DNA of 64,000 nt, from the NCBI RefSeq assembly GCF_009914755.1, contig NC_060929.1; one strand, 5' to 3'. This stretch comes from the human T2T-CHM13v2.0 reference genome, Homo sapiens. Below are positions 1 to 17,455 of this stretch, one piece after another. Each line of letters starts with the position of its first letter. The stretch's first letter is position 1. The translations under genes and the position numbers were made by a program. The notes under the pieces are model-generated. The model saw only the letters and a program-made list of their open reading frames with translations. It was not told the DNA's origin and did not search any database.

Positions 1-175
1 TGTCAGAAGACACATGACTTGATGCGGCTTTTCATTTTATTTTGTTTATTTATTTACTTATTTTTTTTAGACAGAGTTTTGCTCTGTCGCCTAGGCTGAG
101 TACAGTGGCACGATCTTGGCTCACTGCAACCTCCGTCTCCTGGGTTCATGCGATTCTCCTGCCTTAGCCTCCTGA

Positions 176-709
<534 letters not shown>

Positions 710-1109
710 GAGAATAAATTGTTAAAGGGGCAAGGGTGAAAGCAGAGATAATGTCTGGAGGTCAGTGCAATAATGCAATGTCAAGGTGACAGTGACAAAG
801 ACCAGGATGGTAGTTGTGAAGATGGTGAGAAATGGTTGGAGTCTGGGTATATCTTGAAAGCAGAGCAATTTAAGTTTCCTGACAAGTTGGATATGGGATG
901 TAAGAGAATGATAGAATTCAAAGATGCTTCTTTGGACTGAGCAAACCAAGTACAGATGTGGCATTCACTGAGATTGTCATCCTTTGTTTTAGCTAACACT
1001 GTACTGTATTCAAAAGCCAACCAGTCAGCATGAACTTAATTACACTGAGGCATGAATGCACATTGCTTAGCCTTTGGAATGGGTAGCTTTCATAGGCAAA
1101 TTGCCTGTT

Positions 1110-1300
1110 TTCTAATCCTGGCTCACTGCCTGCTAGCTGTGTTACTTAACCTCTTAAATTTGAGCAAGTTACTTAACTTCTCTGAGCCTCAGATTCCTTC
1201 CCTGTGAAATGGGGATAATAACAGTACTACCTTGTGGAGCTGATAATGTTCAGGGAATTGATATATGAAAGCACTTAAAAACAGAACCTGGAATATATTT
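1110..1300 (+). mobile_element. MIR
   Basis: MIR core gcaagttacttaacttctctgagcctcagattccttccctgtgaaatggggataataacagtac. Confidence 0.75.
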
Positions 1301-2015
1301 CAGCTAACAGTACGATTAAAATAGTAGATGAGAAGAGATTGCTAATTTTTTTCCCGTATTCCATTAGAGTTGGTTTTCCCCTTTTCTTTCCAGAATGAGT
1401 CACTTGGTGACTTTTAATTAGGGAGTTGCAAACATTTCTGGGAACTTTAGATAAAAGGTAAGTATTATTTTCTTTTGTCTGTCAGATGAATGTTAAAGAT
1501 AGCCAAGATGGTGCCACTGCACTCAGCCCAGGCGACAGAGCAAAACTGTCTCAAAAAAGTAATTAAATAAATAAAATAAAATGAAAACAAAAGAAGAAAA
1601 ACACTTGGACATATGAGAGGAAATGTATACACATTCAACATTAAAAATTAAAAGCAATTATTCTCAGATTTATGCTTAATGGTGTTAATGATGTTAGAAT
1701 GAAGAAAGCAAATTTCAAAAACAAAGAGAACTTAGATATCATGTGACTCAATCCTTTCTTTATTCATTTTACATTGTTATGTAATCTGGATACCAGTGCC
1801 TGTCACCTGTTTGGAGGCAATTAGACTTCTAATATTTAAATAACTCGTGCCCTTTTTACAACACAGTGAAAACTCAGAGTCTATCCCAGTAATCCTCGAG
1901 TGGCTAACATTTTAGTCATTCTACTCCAATTTGCTGTTATTTGTTGGCATCTCTGGCTCTGCCCTCTCTGATGCCTTTTTTCCATCCTGTTCCCAACATT
2001 TATTTATTTATTTAG

Positions 2016-2189
<174 letters not shown>

Positions 2190-2760
2190 TGAGCCACCGC
2201 ACCAGGCCTCCTGTACCCAACATTGGACACAACCTAAATTACTCCCATTTCACAAAGCACCACTAATACAAGGTCAAGGGTGTAAGTTTTACTGGAATTT
2301 GTATTAACTGTAAAGGGTTGCAGAGCTACACAGTACTGGAAAAAAGTTCAAAATCATTACTGTGACTCTACTAAAGTCTACTAATTAGTCCCCGTCATAG
2401 AGAATTTCTATATCTCCTTAACAGATCACTTCCAGTTATATTTTTGCTGCAGGTCTCTCCTCCCCAGCCACCTCCCATTCCCAAGCCTTCTAATTCTTAT
2501 TTTATTATTCAAAGCAGTTTACCAGTTTAAACTTTTCCTACCTATGCTTTTCAGTTTCTCGTCTTTAATAGCAAACGATTCATTAAGGTATATTGATAAA
2601 TGTAAGTGACATTTACTCCAATAAATGTCACCGTGAATAGCAACTGCACTCCAGCCTGGGCAATGTAGCAAGACCCCATCTCTAAAAACATAAATAAAAT
2701 AAATTTTTTAAAAAGAAAAGCACAGAGATAAGAGAGCTTAGAGCAGACTGGCCTCATCTA

Positions 2761-3108
<348 letters not shown>

Positions 3109-3539
3109 TCAAAAACAAAAACAAAACAAACAAAGAAGATAAAGAGGAGTCAGACAAAGCTATTGAGTAACTTAAAGAAAGCCAGTATGGCTCCAGGGTA
3201 CTTGGTGTGAGGCTGCAGAGAGAGGCAGGCGTGCAATCCTGCAGAGTCTCATAAGATAGGAAGCTTATCATGATCTAGGCTAGCAATGGGAAACCCCTAC
3301 TCTGGCTGCTCTAGGAGAGAAGGGACTAGAGAAGGCAGAAGTAGAAACAGGGAGGCCAGTGGAGAGGCTATTGGAGAAGTCCAGGTAAGAATTTATGGCA
3401 GCACAGTTGAGGGTTCCGGCAGTGCACATGGCAGAAAGGGTTTGTGCTGAATTATTTTCTCTCCCTGTGCACTACATTATGTCCCAGGTCCCTGGGGCAC
3501 ATTGCATATTTCAAAAAAAAGAAACAAAACTATTTCTAC

Positions 3540-3770
3540 ATCAAGGTTTCTCAGCCTTGGCACTATTGACATTTTGGACGGGATATATCTTTGCTGTGCT
3601 GTGCATTGTAGGATGTTTAGCAGCTTCCCTGATCTCTACCCTCGGGTGTCCATAGCAGCTCCCACCCACAATATGACAACCAAAAATGTGTTCCAGACAT
3701 TACAAAATGTTCCCTGGGCCTGGAAGTAGACAGTGAAGAGGGCAAAATTGCCCCTTTTGAGAATCACCAT
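3540..3770. mobile_element. MER20 (hAT) DNA transposon
   Basis: ggtttctcagccttggcactattgacattttgg...ttgagaatcacc termini. Confidence 0.75.
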
Positions 3771-4429
3771 TCTATAGGAACATAGATATTCATTTGTTCG
3801 AAATTATCTGAGACAGCTGGGTGTGGTGGCTCACGTCTGTTATCCTAGCACTTTAGGAGGCTGAGGTGAGAGGATCACTTGCCTGGGAGTTAGAAACCAG
3901 CCTGGGCACCAGGGTGAGATGCCGTCTCTACAAAATATGTTAAAAAAATTAGCCAGGCATGGTGGCATGTGTCTATGGTCTCAGCTAATAGGGAGGCTTA
4001 GGCAGGAAGATAGCTTCAGCCAGGACTGCCAAGTTACAATGAGCTATGAACACACCACTGAACTTCAACCTGGATGACAGAGCGAGAAACGATCTCTCTC
4101 TCTCTCTCTCTCTCCCTCTCTCTTTCTAAGACAGAGTCTCGCTCTGTCACCCAGGCTGGAGTGCAGTGGCCTGATCTCAGCTCACTACAGCCTCCACCTC
4201 CCGGGCTCAAGTGATTCTCCCACCACAAGTAGCTGTGATTACAGATGGTTACCACCATGCCTGGCTAATATGTATTTATTTATTTATTTGAGACAAGGTC
4301 TCACTCTGTCACCCAAGCTGGAGTGCAGTTGCATGATCTTGGCTTACTGCAACGTCTAACTACCAGATTCTCCTGCCTGAGCCTCCCAGGTAGCTGGGAA
4401 TACAGGCATGTGCCACCATACCTGGCTAA

Positions 4430-4597
<168 letters not shown>

Positions 4598-4758
4598 TAG
4601 ATAAATGTTAACAATTAAAATTTCTAGAATGGCTTCTCTGAAAATAATTGAGATGAAAATTAAGACAACAAGAATGTTTTTGGAAGCATTCTATAATAAA
4701 ATTAAGGTTTATATGGGTAATAAGGAAAAAAGAAGCTGAATTGAAAAGAGGGTTTTGT

Positions 4759-5298
4759 CCATTTATTTATTTATTTATTTTCTCTCTTTCTTTTCCCTAC
4801 ATTTCCCCCTTTTCTATTCGACAAAACCGCCATTGTCATCATGGCCCCTTCTCAATGAGCTGTTTGGGTACACCTCCCAGACGGGGCGGCGGCCGGGCAG
4901 AGGCGCCCCCCACCTCCCGGACGGGGCGGCTGCCGGGCGGAGACGCTCCTCACTTCCCAGACGGGGCGGCCGGTCAGAGACGCTCCTCACCTCCCAGACA
5001 GGGTGGCGGTGGGGCAGAGACACTCCTCAGTTCCCAGACGGGGTCGCAGCCGGGCAGAGGCACTCTTCACATCTCAGACGGGGCGGCGGGGCAGAGGCGC
5101 TCCCCACATCCCAGATGATGGGTGGCCAGGCAGAGACGCTCCTCACTTCCTATATGCGGTGGCGGCCGGGCAGAGGCTGCAATCTGGGCACTTTGGGAGG
5201 CCAAGGCAGGCGGCTGGGAGGTGGAGGTTGTAGCGATCTGAGATCACGCCACTGCATTCCAGCCTGGGCAACATTGAGCACTGAGTGCCGTTTATTTA
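4759..5298 (-). mobile_element. SVA retrotransposon, truncated at both ends (old, SVA_A-like)
   Basis: VNTR units (gcagaggcgctcctcacttcccagacgggg) ~4870-5170; Alu-like part ~5170-5287; start of SINE-R ~4781-4870; (TTTA)n tail; candidate TSD CC(A/G)TTTATTTA. Confidence 0.9.
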
Positions 5299-6563
5299 AT
5301 CTTATGTTTCATTACGTCAAACTAGGTGTTCTACAAGCCTTACGTTATTACAGGAAAAAAAATACCAAAATAAACCCCATTTTGGCCTCAACATTTATAA
5401 GAAGATATTTCTCAAGGTCTTCTTCTTTCAACTCTGGCATGATATCCCAGAATGACCGAGATGTACTCCTGATTATTTACATAATATTTCCTTAAGAGAA
5501 ATCAGGCACATTGCAAAAGCAGATGCAGAGGGTAACTTAGAAGAGTTTTGGCTGATAGTTGTTTTTTCCTCTTCTTGATCATAGGGTCTGAATATTTCAG
5601 AATCACACAAAAAATAATTTAGGTTTAAGGGTATTAGAGGCTCCATTTAAGACTTCATTACTTAAAACTGGCAAAAAATTGTGTTGAATAAATTACCATC
5701 TGAAAATCTCTAAATTTGACTAGCTGCTGAGATCACATTGGGAAAGAAATCTGACCCTAAATTAGTTTTTTTAAATAGTCATAACTTGTTTTAAAAAGGG
5801 GAAAATTAAATCAGTGTAAGGATTTTAGTATCTTTGGTCTTACTGGAAGCAGATCTGCTAGTATTGTTATAGAATGTAAAACTTTTTCTTGTCCCTGCCC
5901 CTCTGCTTTCATCCCTAAGCCCCAGCTCTCTTCCCAACCGACAGTCAGTACAACCCATAAACTGTCAGTCTGGCAGCCATTCTCAAAGGCCTCATGGCAG
6001 GAAAAGTTCTCTTGGATTTTATCCTTTCCCTTCTATAGACATGTTCATCTGAACGATCTGTGATTTAGTTTCCAAGTCATTATTTGCAGATCAGTGGAGT
6101 TTAAAATATTTATTGTTTTCAATTTAAAGCACTGTAGTCCAAAAAAATTTTTGTAGGTGTGGAGACAGAGTCTTGCTTTGTTGCCCAGGCTGGAGTGCAG
6201 TGGTGCCATCATAGCTGACTGCAGCTTTGAGCTCCTGGCCTCAAGCGATCCTCCCACCTCGACATCCTAAAGTATTGGGATTACAGGTGTGAGCCACTGC
6301 ACCTGGTGAGAATGCACTGCATTCTGAATGTATAAGTATAATCTTTGATAGGCTTCTTTCTTCAACTCTAAGCACTTCAGCGTGGGAACACAGGATTTTC
6401 TATATTGTTTCAGACTTTTCTTGTAGGACCTTTTTTTTCTTTTTCTTTTTTTTGAGATGGAATCTTGCTCTGTCGCCCAGGCTAGAGGGCAGTAGTGGGA
6501 TCTCAGCTCACTGCAACTTCGGCCTCCCTGGTTCAAGCAATTCTCCCTGCCTAAGCCTCCTGA

Positions 6564-6821
<258 letters not shown>

Positions 6822-6906
6822 TAAAGGTCTTGAGATGGACAACTGATCCTGGAATGTTTTCCATATCCATTACTTCATATCCTCAGGGCATTTTAGAAGG
6901 TGACTA

Positions 6907-7077
<171 letters not shown>

Positions 7078-7622
7078 TTAGCCAGGCGTGGTGGCAGGCA
7101 CCTGTAATCCCCCTTACTCAGGAGGCTGAGGAAGGAGAATCACTTGAACCCGGGAGGCCGAGGTTGCAAAGAATCGAGATCGCACCGCTGCACTCCAGCC
7201 TGGGTGACAGAGCAAGACTCCATTTCAAATAAATAAATAATAAATAAATAAAAATGTAGCTATCATAGTATAGTGGATAAAGAATAGGCAACTCCCTGAG
7301 TGTGACTTTTGGAAATTTCCTATGCTTGTTTAGGCCTTACCTTCCCATCTGTGGTGAAGATGATAACCATACTTACCCGCATCCATGAGCATGCCTTTCA
7401 CTTTGTTCTCTACTGGCCTCCCTCATGGTTTTCAAATGTGTGCTACCATTTCTGGCATCACATGCAGACAGAACAACATCCAGTGCAAGAAGATATGCTG
7501 TTTCTTTCATTTTACTTTAAGCGAGAGGGAACATTTCCCAGATGTCTCATGGTTCACTGGCCAGAACCGATTCATGTCCTCTTCCTTAAGCAGTCACTGG
7601 CAAGGGGAGAGGGTTTATTTGA

Positions 7623-7997
<375 letters not shown>

Positions 7998-8335
7998 TGA
8001 ATAAAATAGAAATTCTGTCAGCATATAAGTGATAATTGTAAACTGGGCCACGCAATCATTTTGCTATACTATCTTATAGGATTATTAGAAAACTAAATGC
8101 TATAACTCCTGTGAAATACTTAGTAATGATGATCATGGCACTTGCTGTGTGCAATACATTGTCCTTTACACATACAGCTTTACATGTACTGAAATCCTTA
8201 CAAAAGCCCCATTGACTGTGTGTGTATTATTGTTGTTGTTTTTCTTTTTTAGAGATGAGGTCTCACTATGTTGCCCAGGCTGCAGGGCAGTGGTTACTCA
8301 CAGGCACAATCATAGGGCATTGAAGCTTTGAACTC

Positions 8336-10931
<2,596 letters not shown>

Positions 10932-11190
10932 AACTGCTTGGCTCAAATGATCCTCCTGCCTCAGTCCCCCCAGTAATTGGACTACAGATGTGCGCTGCCA
11001 CACCAGTCTATGTTATTATCTTAGTTTTACAGATAAAAAAGCTGTGGCACAGACAGGTTTAGTAACTTGTCCAAGGTTTCAAGTTTGTAACTGGCTAAAC
11101 TGTGGTTACAACCCTGACAATCTGCCTCTGGAAGCTACACACTTAACCCATGTTCTGGTCCTGGAGCAAATGTGCTTAACCATACTCCTG

Positions 11191-11589
11191 GTATTATAGT
11201 TTGAATTTGTCCCCTGAAAATTTCAGGTGTTGAAACTTAATGAGCAATGTCATCGTATTAAGAGGTAGGGCCTTTAAAGGGTGATTATGTCACAAGGGCT
11301 TCTCCCTCCTGAATGCAATTAGGCTCTTTTAAGGGAGGCTTCACACAGTGTTTTCTTGTCTTTTGAAGTTTGCTTGTCCTTTCACCTCATACTATGTGAG
11401 GACATGGTGCTCCTCTGAAGGATATGGCAACAAGGTGCCATCTTGGAAACAGAAAGCAGCCCTCACCAGACAACTGCACCTGCCAACACCTTGATCTTGA
11501 ACTTCCTGAACTTCAAAATTAAACTTTTGTTCTTCAAAAATTACCCATTCTGTGGTGTTCTGTTATAGCAGCACAAATGAACTAAGACA
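11191..11589 (+). mobile_element. MST/MLT1-type MaLR solo LTR
   Basis: tatagtttgaatttgtcccc...tgttatagcagcacaaatgaactaagaca. Confidence 0.75.
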
Positions 11590-12204
11590 CCTGGCAGTTA
11601 GTAAGTACTCGGCCCCTGTTAGCTGTTATTATAATCTCTGATGGTCTATGTTTCTCAGGCAATGTTTACAAGATCTTTCTTCTTTTTCTCTCTGTCCTCT
11701 GAAGACATGGAAAGACATTCACATCAAAAAAAAAAGTGGGCTGGGTTCGTGGCTCACATATGTAATTGCAGAATTTGAGAAGCTGAGGTAGGAGGACTGA
11801 TTGACGCCAAAGTCAAGACCAGCCTGGGCAACATAGGGAGACCCCTCTCTACAAAAAATAAAAAAAATTAGCCAGGCATGGGGGTATGTGCCTGTGGTCC
11901 GAGCTACTCAGGAGTCTGAGATGGGAGAATCGTCACAATTCACTTAGACAGAACCTGCCTTGTCACTGAAGCACTTAAGTTGATGACCTCTGGGCTACAT
12001 CATCCCAGTTTTAAATTTTTTCTCACAGATCTTAATTAATCTGCTGGAGCCCAGGAGGTTGAAGCTGTAGTGAGCCATGATCACACTATTGCACTCCAGT
12101 CTTAGGGAACAGAGAGAGACCCTATCTCTAAAGAAAAAATTAAATTAAATTAAATAATTAAATGATAAAAAGTAATATAAAGGGTTTGAATATAAATTTA
12201 ATAG

Positions 12205-12498
<294 letters not shown>

Positions 12499-12674
12499 TA
12501 ACATCATAGAATGGGGTACAATAGTGGGACTGAATAAAAAACATCAGGGTACACCCAGGTAATGAAATAAGTTTCATCTTTTGAAATTTTTGTTTCAATT
12601 ATATGTGTACATTTGTATATGTATTCTAGCTTGCCAAGTAAAATGCAGTGGTGGTCAAAAAAGTTTGAAAAATA

Positions 12675-12830
12675 TGCTCTAAAATCTTGCTGCTCAAATT
12701 GTGAACCAGCAGCATCATGTCTGGGAGCTGCTTGGACAATGCTAATCTCAGGCTTCACCCAGACCGGCTTGAGTAAGAAACTGCATTTGACAAAATCCTC
12801 AGATGATTTTCCTTTGCATACTGAAGGTAG
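12675..12830. mobile_element. MER5-type hAT element
   Basis: accagcagcatca...ctcaggcttcacccagacc...ctgcatttgacaaaatcctcagatgatt. Confidence 0.6.
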
Positions 12831-13082
12831 GGCTGGTCATTGTCTGTTAATTCCACGTGCCCCCATGGGGTGTTCTCCAGGTGTTGGGTGAAGAGGAGAA
12901 GTGACCATAGGTGGAAAATGATGCCCTGGTGATCCGTCTGATCCTCAGGCTCCTTTAGGATGACTTCACTAAAGGAAAATTCTGAGAACATGGCTCATTG
13001 GCTCACTGACTTCCTTTTTTCTTCTTTCCTTTTCTGTCCTGAAAATGATTTTTTTTTTCTGATCTCTCTCTCTCTCTTTCTC

Positions 13083-13083
<1 letters not shown>

Positions 13084-13120
<37 letters not shown>
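13084..13120. repeat. (CA)n microsatellite preceded by (CT)n
   Basis: Direct inspection. Confidence 0.95.
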
Positions 13121-13121
<1 letters not shown>

Positions 13122-13585
13122 TTCCAGCTTTTGAAAAAAGTTGGAAAATCCAGTAACACAAGCTGATGTTTCCAGAGGGCACCAATCAGCTGGAGCTGAG
13201 TAGCCCCTGTGTACATTGGACAGAGCCCAAATCCCCTGTTCTACCCCCTGCACACAATTCACTTAGACAGAACCTATCTCGTCATTGAAGGCACTTAAGT
13301 TGGTGACCTCTGGGCTACATCATCCCAGTTTTAAACTTTTTCCTCATAGATCTTCATTAATCTGCAGTAATTAGATCCTCTTTGGATTTTCCTACTCAAA
13401 ATGATTTGTTTTTTAAATTAAACTTCTCTGTAGTCCCCCCAGCTACTCAGGAGGCTGAGGCAGGAGGATTGCTCTAACCTAGGAATTCGAGGCTGTAGTG
13501 CACTATGATCATGCCTGTGAATAGCCACTGCATTCTAACCTGGGCAACATAGGAAGATCTTATCTGTAACAAAACAAAACAAACA

Positions 13586-14290
13586 GGTGCACTTGGTCTT
13601 GCAAGTCGTCTGCTTGGCCTTCTTCCAAGTGTACTTTCCTTCCTTTCATTACTGCTCTAAAGATTTTAATAAACTTTCATTCCTGCTCTGAAACTTACCT
13701 TGGTCTCCTTCTGCCTTATGCTCCTTAGTCAAATTCTTTCTTCTGAGGAGGCAAGAATTGAGGTTGCTGCAGATCCATATGGATAACTACCACTGGTAAC
13801 ATATTTGATGCCACGTGACTCTGGCACATTTTAGCGTTGTGATCTAGTACATTTCCTTCTTGCCTAAGCCACTTTGAGTCTTGCCTTCAGTTGCTTGCAG
13901 CCAGAAACATCCTCCTTACATAAAAAGTGGTTAAGAGATCTCTATGCCTCGCCTTCTTCACCTGGAGGCATCCGACCCCCATGTGCGGATTTTCTTCTTT
14001 TTCTCTCTCTCTCTTCTGCCTACTAACCAATCCCCAGGACAATTCCTCTTGGCCTTAAGTGACTCTGCTCCCCCTCGCTGATTTCTCAGTACACCCTGAC
14101 AGGTGGCTCATGGGGGTGGGAAGGACTTTAGGGTCTGCACTGAGTAGATCTGAGGCACTAATGGCCCTCTTGGACAGGGTTAAAGCCTAAACTGTGCAAT
14201 GTCTGGGGCTTCCTCTGCTTTTTCAACTAAAATCCGCTCTTTCCCAAAAACCTGCACCACCCATTCTCTTTTCTCTGTTTGTGTTCAAAA
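13586..14290 (+). mobile_element. MER41-like LTR 3' part (to 13801) plus start of ERV1 internal region
   Basis: aataaactttcattcctgctct...ttctgaggaggcaagaattgaggttgctgcaga...taaca resembles the MER41 3' end. Confidence 0.7.
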
Positions 14291-15745
14291 TTTATTTAAA
14301 AACACACACATATGGCCAGGCGCGGTGGCTCACACCTGTAATCTCAGCACTTTGGCAGGCCAAGGTGGGCAGATCACCTGAGGTCAGGAGTTTGAGACCA
14401 GCCTGACCAATATGTTGAAACCCTGTCTCCACTAAAAATACAAAAATTAGCCGGGCATGGTGGCAGGCACCTGTAGTCCCAGCTACTCAGGAAGCTGAGA
14501 CAGGAGAATTGCTTGAACCCAGGAGGTGGAGGTAGCAGTGAGCCGAGATAATGCCACTGTCCTCCAGCCTTGGTGAGAGAGCAAGACTCTGTCTCAAACA
14601 AACAAACAAACAAACAAACAAAAAACCATACATACACACAGAAGAAAACAAACAAACACCTTCTGACCCTTGGGTCAACAAGCGTTTAGCTAAAGTGTAT
14701 TATTCCAACTATAACAAAAATATATCCCCCTCGGCCTCCTGTCATTTGTAATTGGCTTCCATTTATTACATTGTGAGCTCCCATTCTGCTTCTAAGGCCT
14801 TTTTTTTCAGTGATCTTACAATCATTTCTCAACTCCTTTTAGTGGAGTTTTGATCTTCTTACATATACTCCCTTGCAGTGTCTCCTCAAATGTTCATCCT
14901 GTTGTTCCATTTAGTCTATCAGAGACCTTAGTTTGTTGATCCGAGAGGATAAATTAATGTACGTTCCAGTTTAATGTGCTCCAGAGTAAAGTGCCTCAGG
15001 CTATGAGATGGACTAGCAATTAGCAGAGACATAATACTTGAGAGGACGTACAAATGTCTTTACAAAGAAGGCATTTGGGGTCGAATTGGGTCAGGTGCAG
15101 ATACAAAGAGTGACAAGGTCTGAGTGTTCTCCTGTGAATAATAATTATCTCGTTGTGATGGGCTTAGCCTTCCCTTCTATCAGAAGGATGTTTCTGGCTG
15201 CAAGTAATTAAAGGCCAGACTCAAAGTGGCTTCCGCAATGAAGGAAATTTATTAGCTCACAAAGCTAAAAAGTGCAAGAGGCAGTCAGGTTTCAGGTATA
15301 ATCAGATCAGGGCTCCAGCTTGACTTCTATTTTGAGTCTCTCAACTCTGCTCCTGTCTGTGTCTGCTTCATTTATATCCTGGCTTTTTTCACAGTAAATA
15401 ACAGCTGAGGTAACTTGACATACAACGATTTCCAGAGGAAGAGAGAACATCTGTCCTGACAACTGTTTGGCAAGAGCAAGAAAATTTCCCAGAAATCCTC
15501 CCCAAATTATTCTTGTATCCCTCTGGCGAGTATTGGGTCATTTGCCCATCCTCAAACTATTCATGGTGGCCAAGGTGATAAGATTAAGCTAACCAAGGCT
15601 CACTGTTTATTAGCTCATACATACCTCAAGGCTAAAAGTTGTGGAGTAGGGAACACTATTACCATGAAGGAGGGGTACAAAGTTGGACAGAGACACCTAT
15701 GTTAGAACTTATGCAATCAGGAAGAACCTTCATTAATTTTGATAA

Positions 15746-16126
<381 letters not shown>

Positions 16127-16181
16127 TAATAGTAAAAGGAGAAGATAAGCAGCACTGGTAACACCAGCATCCCCACTTTCT

Positions 16182-17455
<1,274 letters not shown>

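Noticed and set aside
2632-2700. 7SL RNA-like sequence (also 13428-13585)
   Set aside because: Diverged FAM fragments lacking the S domain; not RNA genes
4741-5495. 246-aa and 125-aa ORFs
   Set aside because: They run antisense through the GC-rich SVA VNTR, which lacks stops by composition; no gene context
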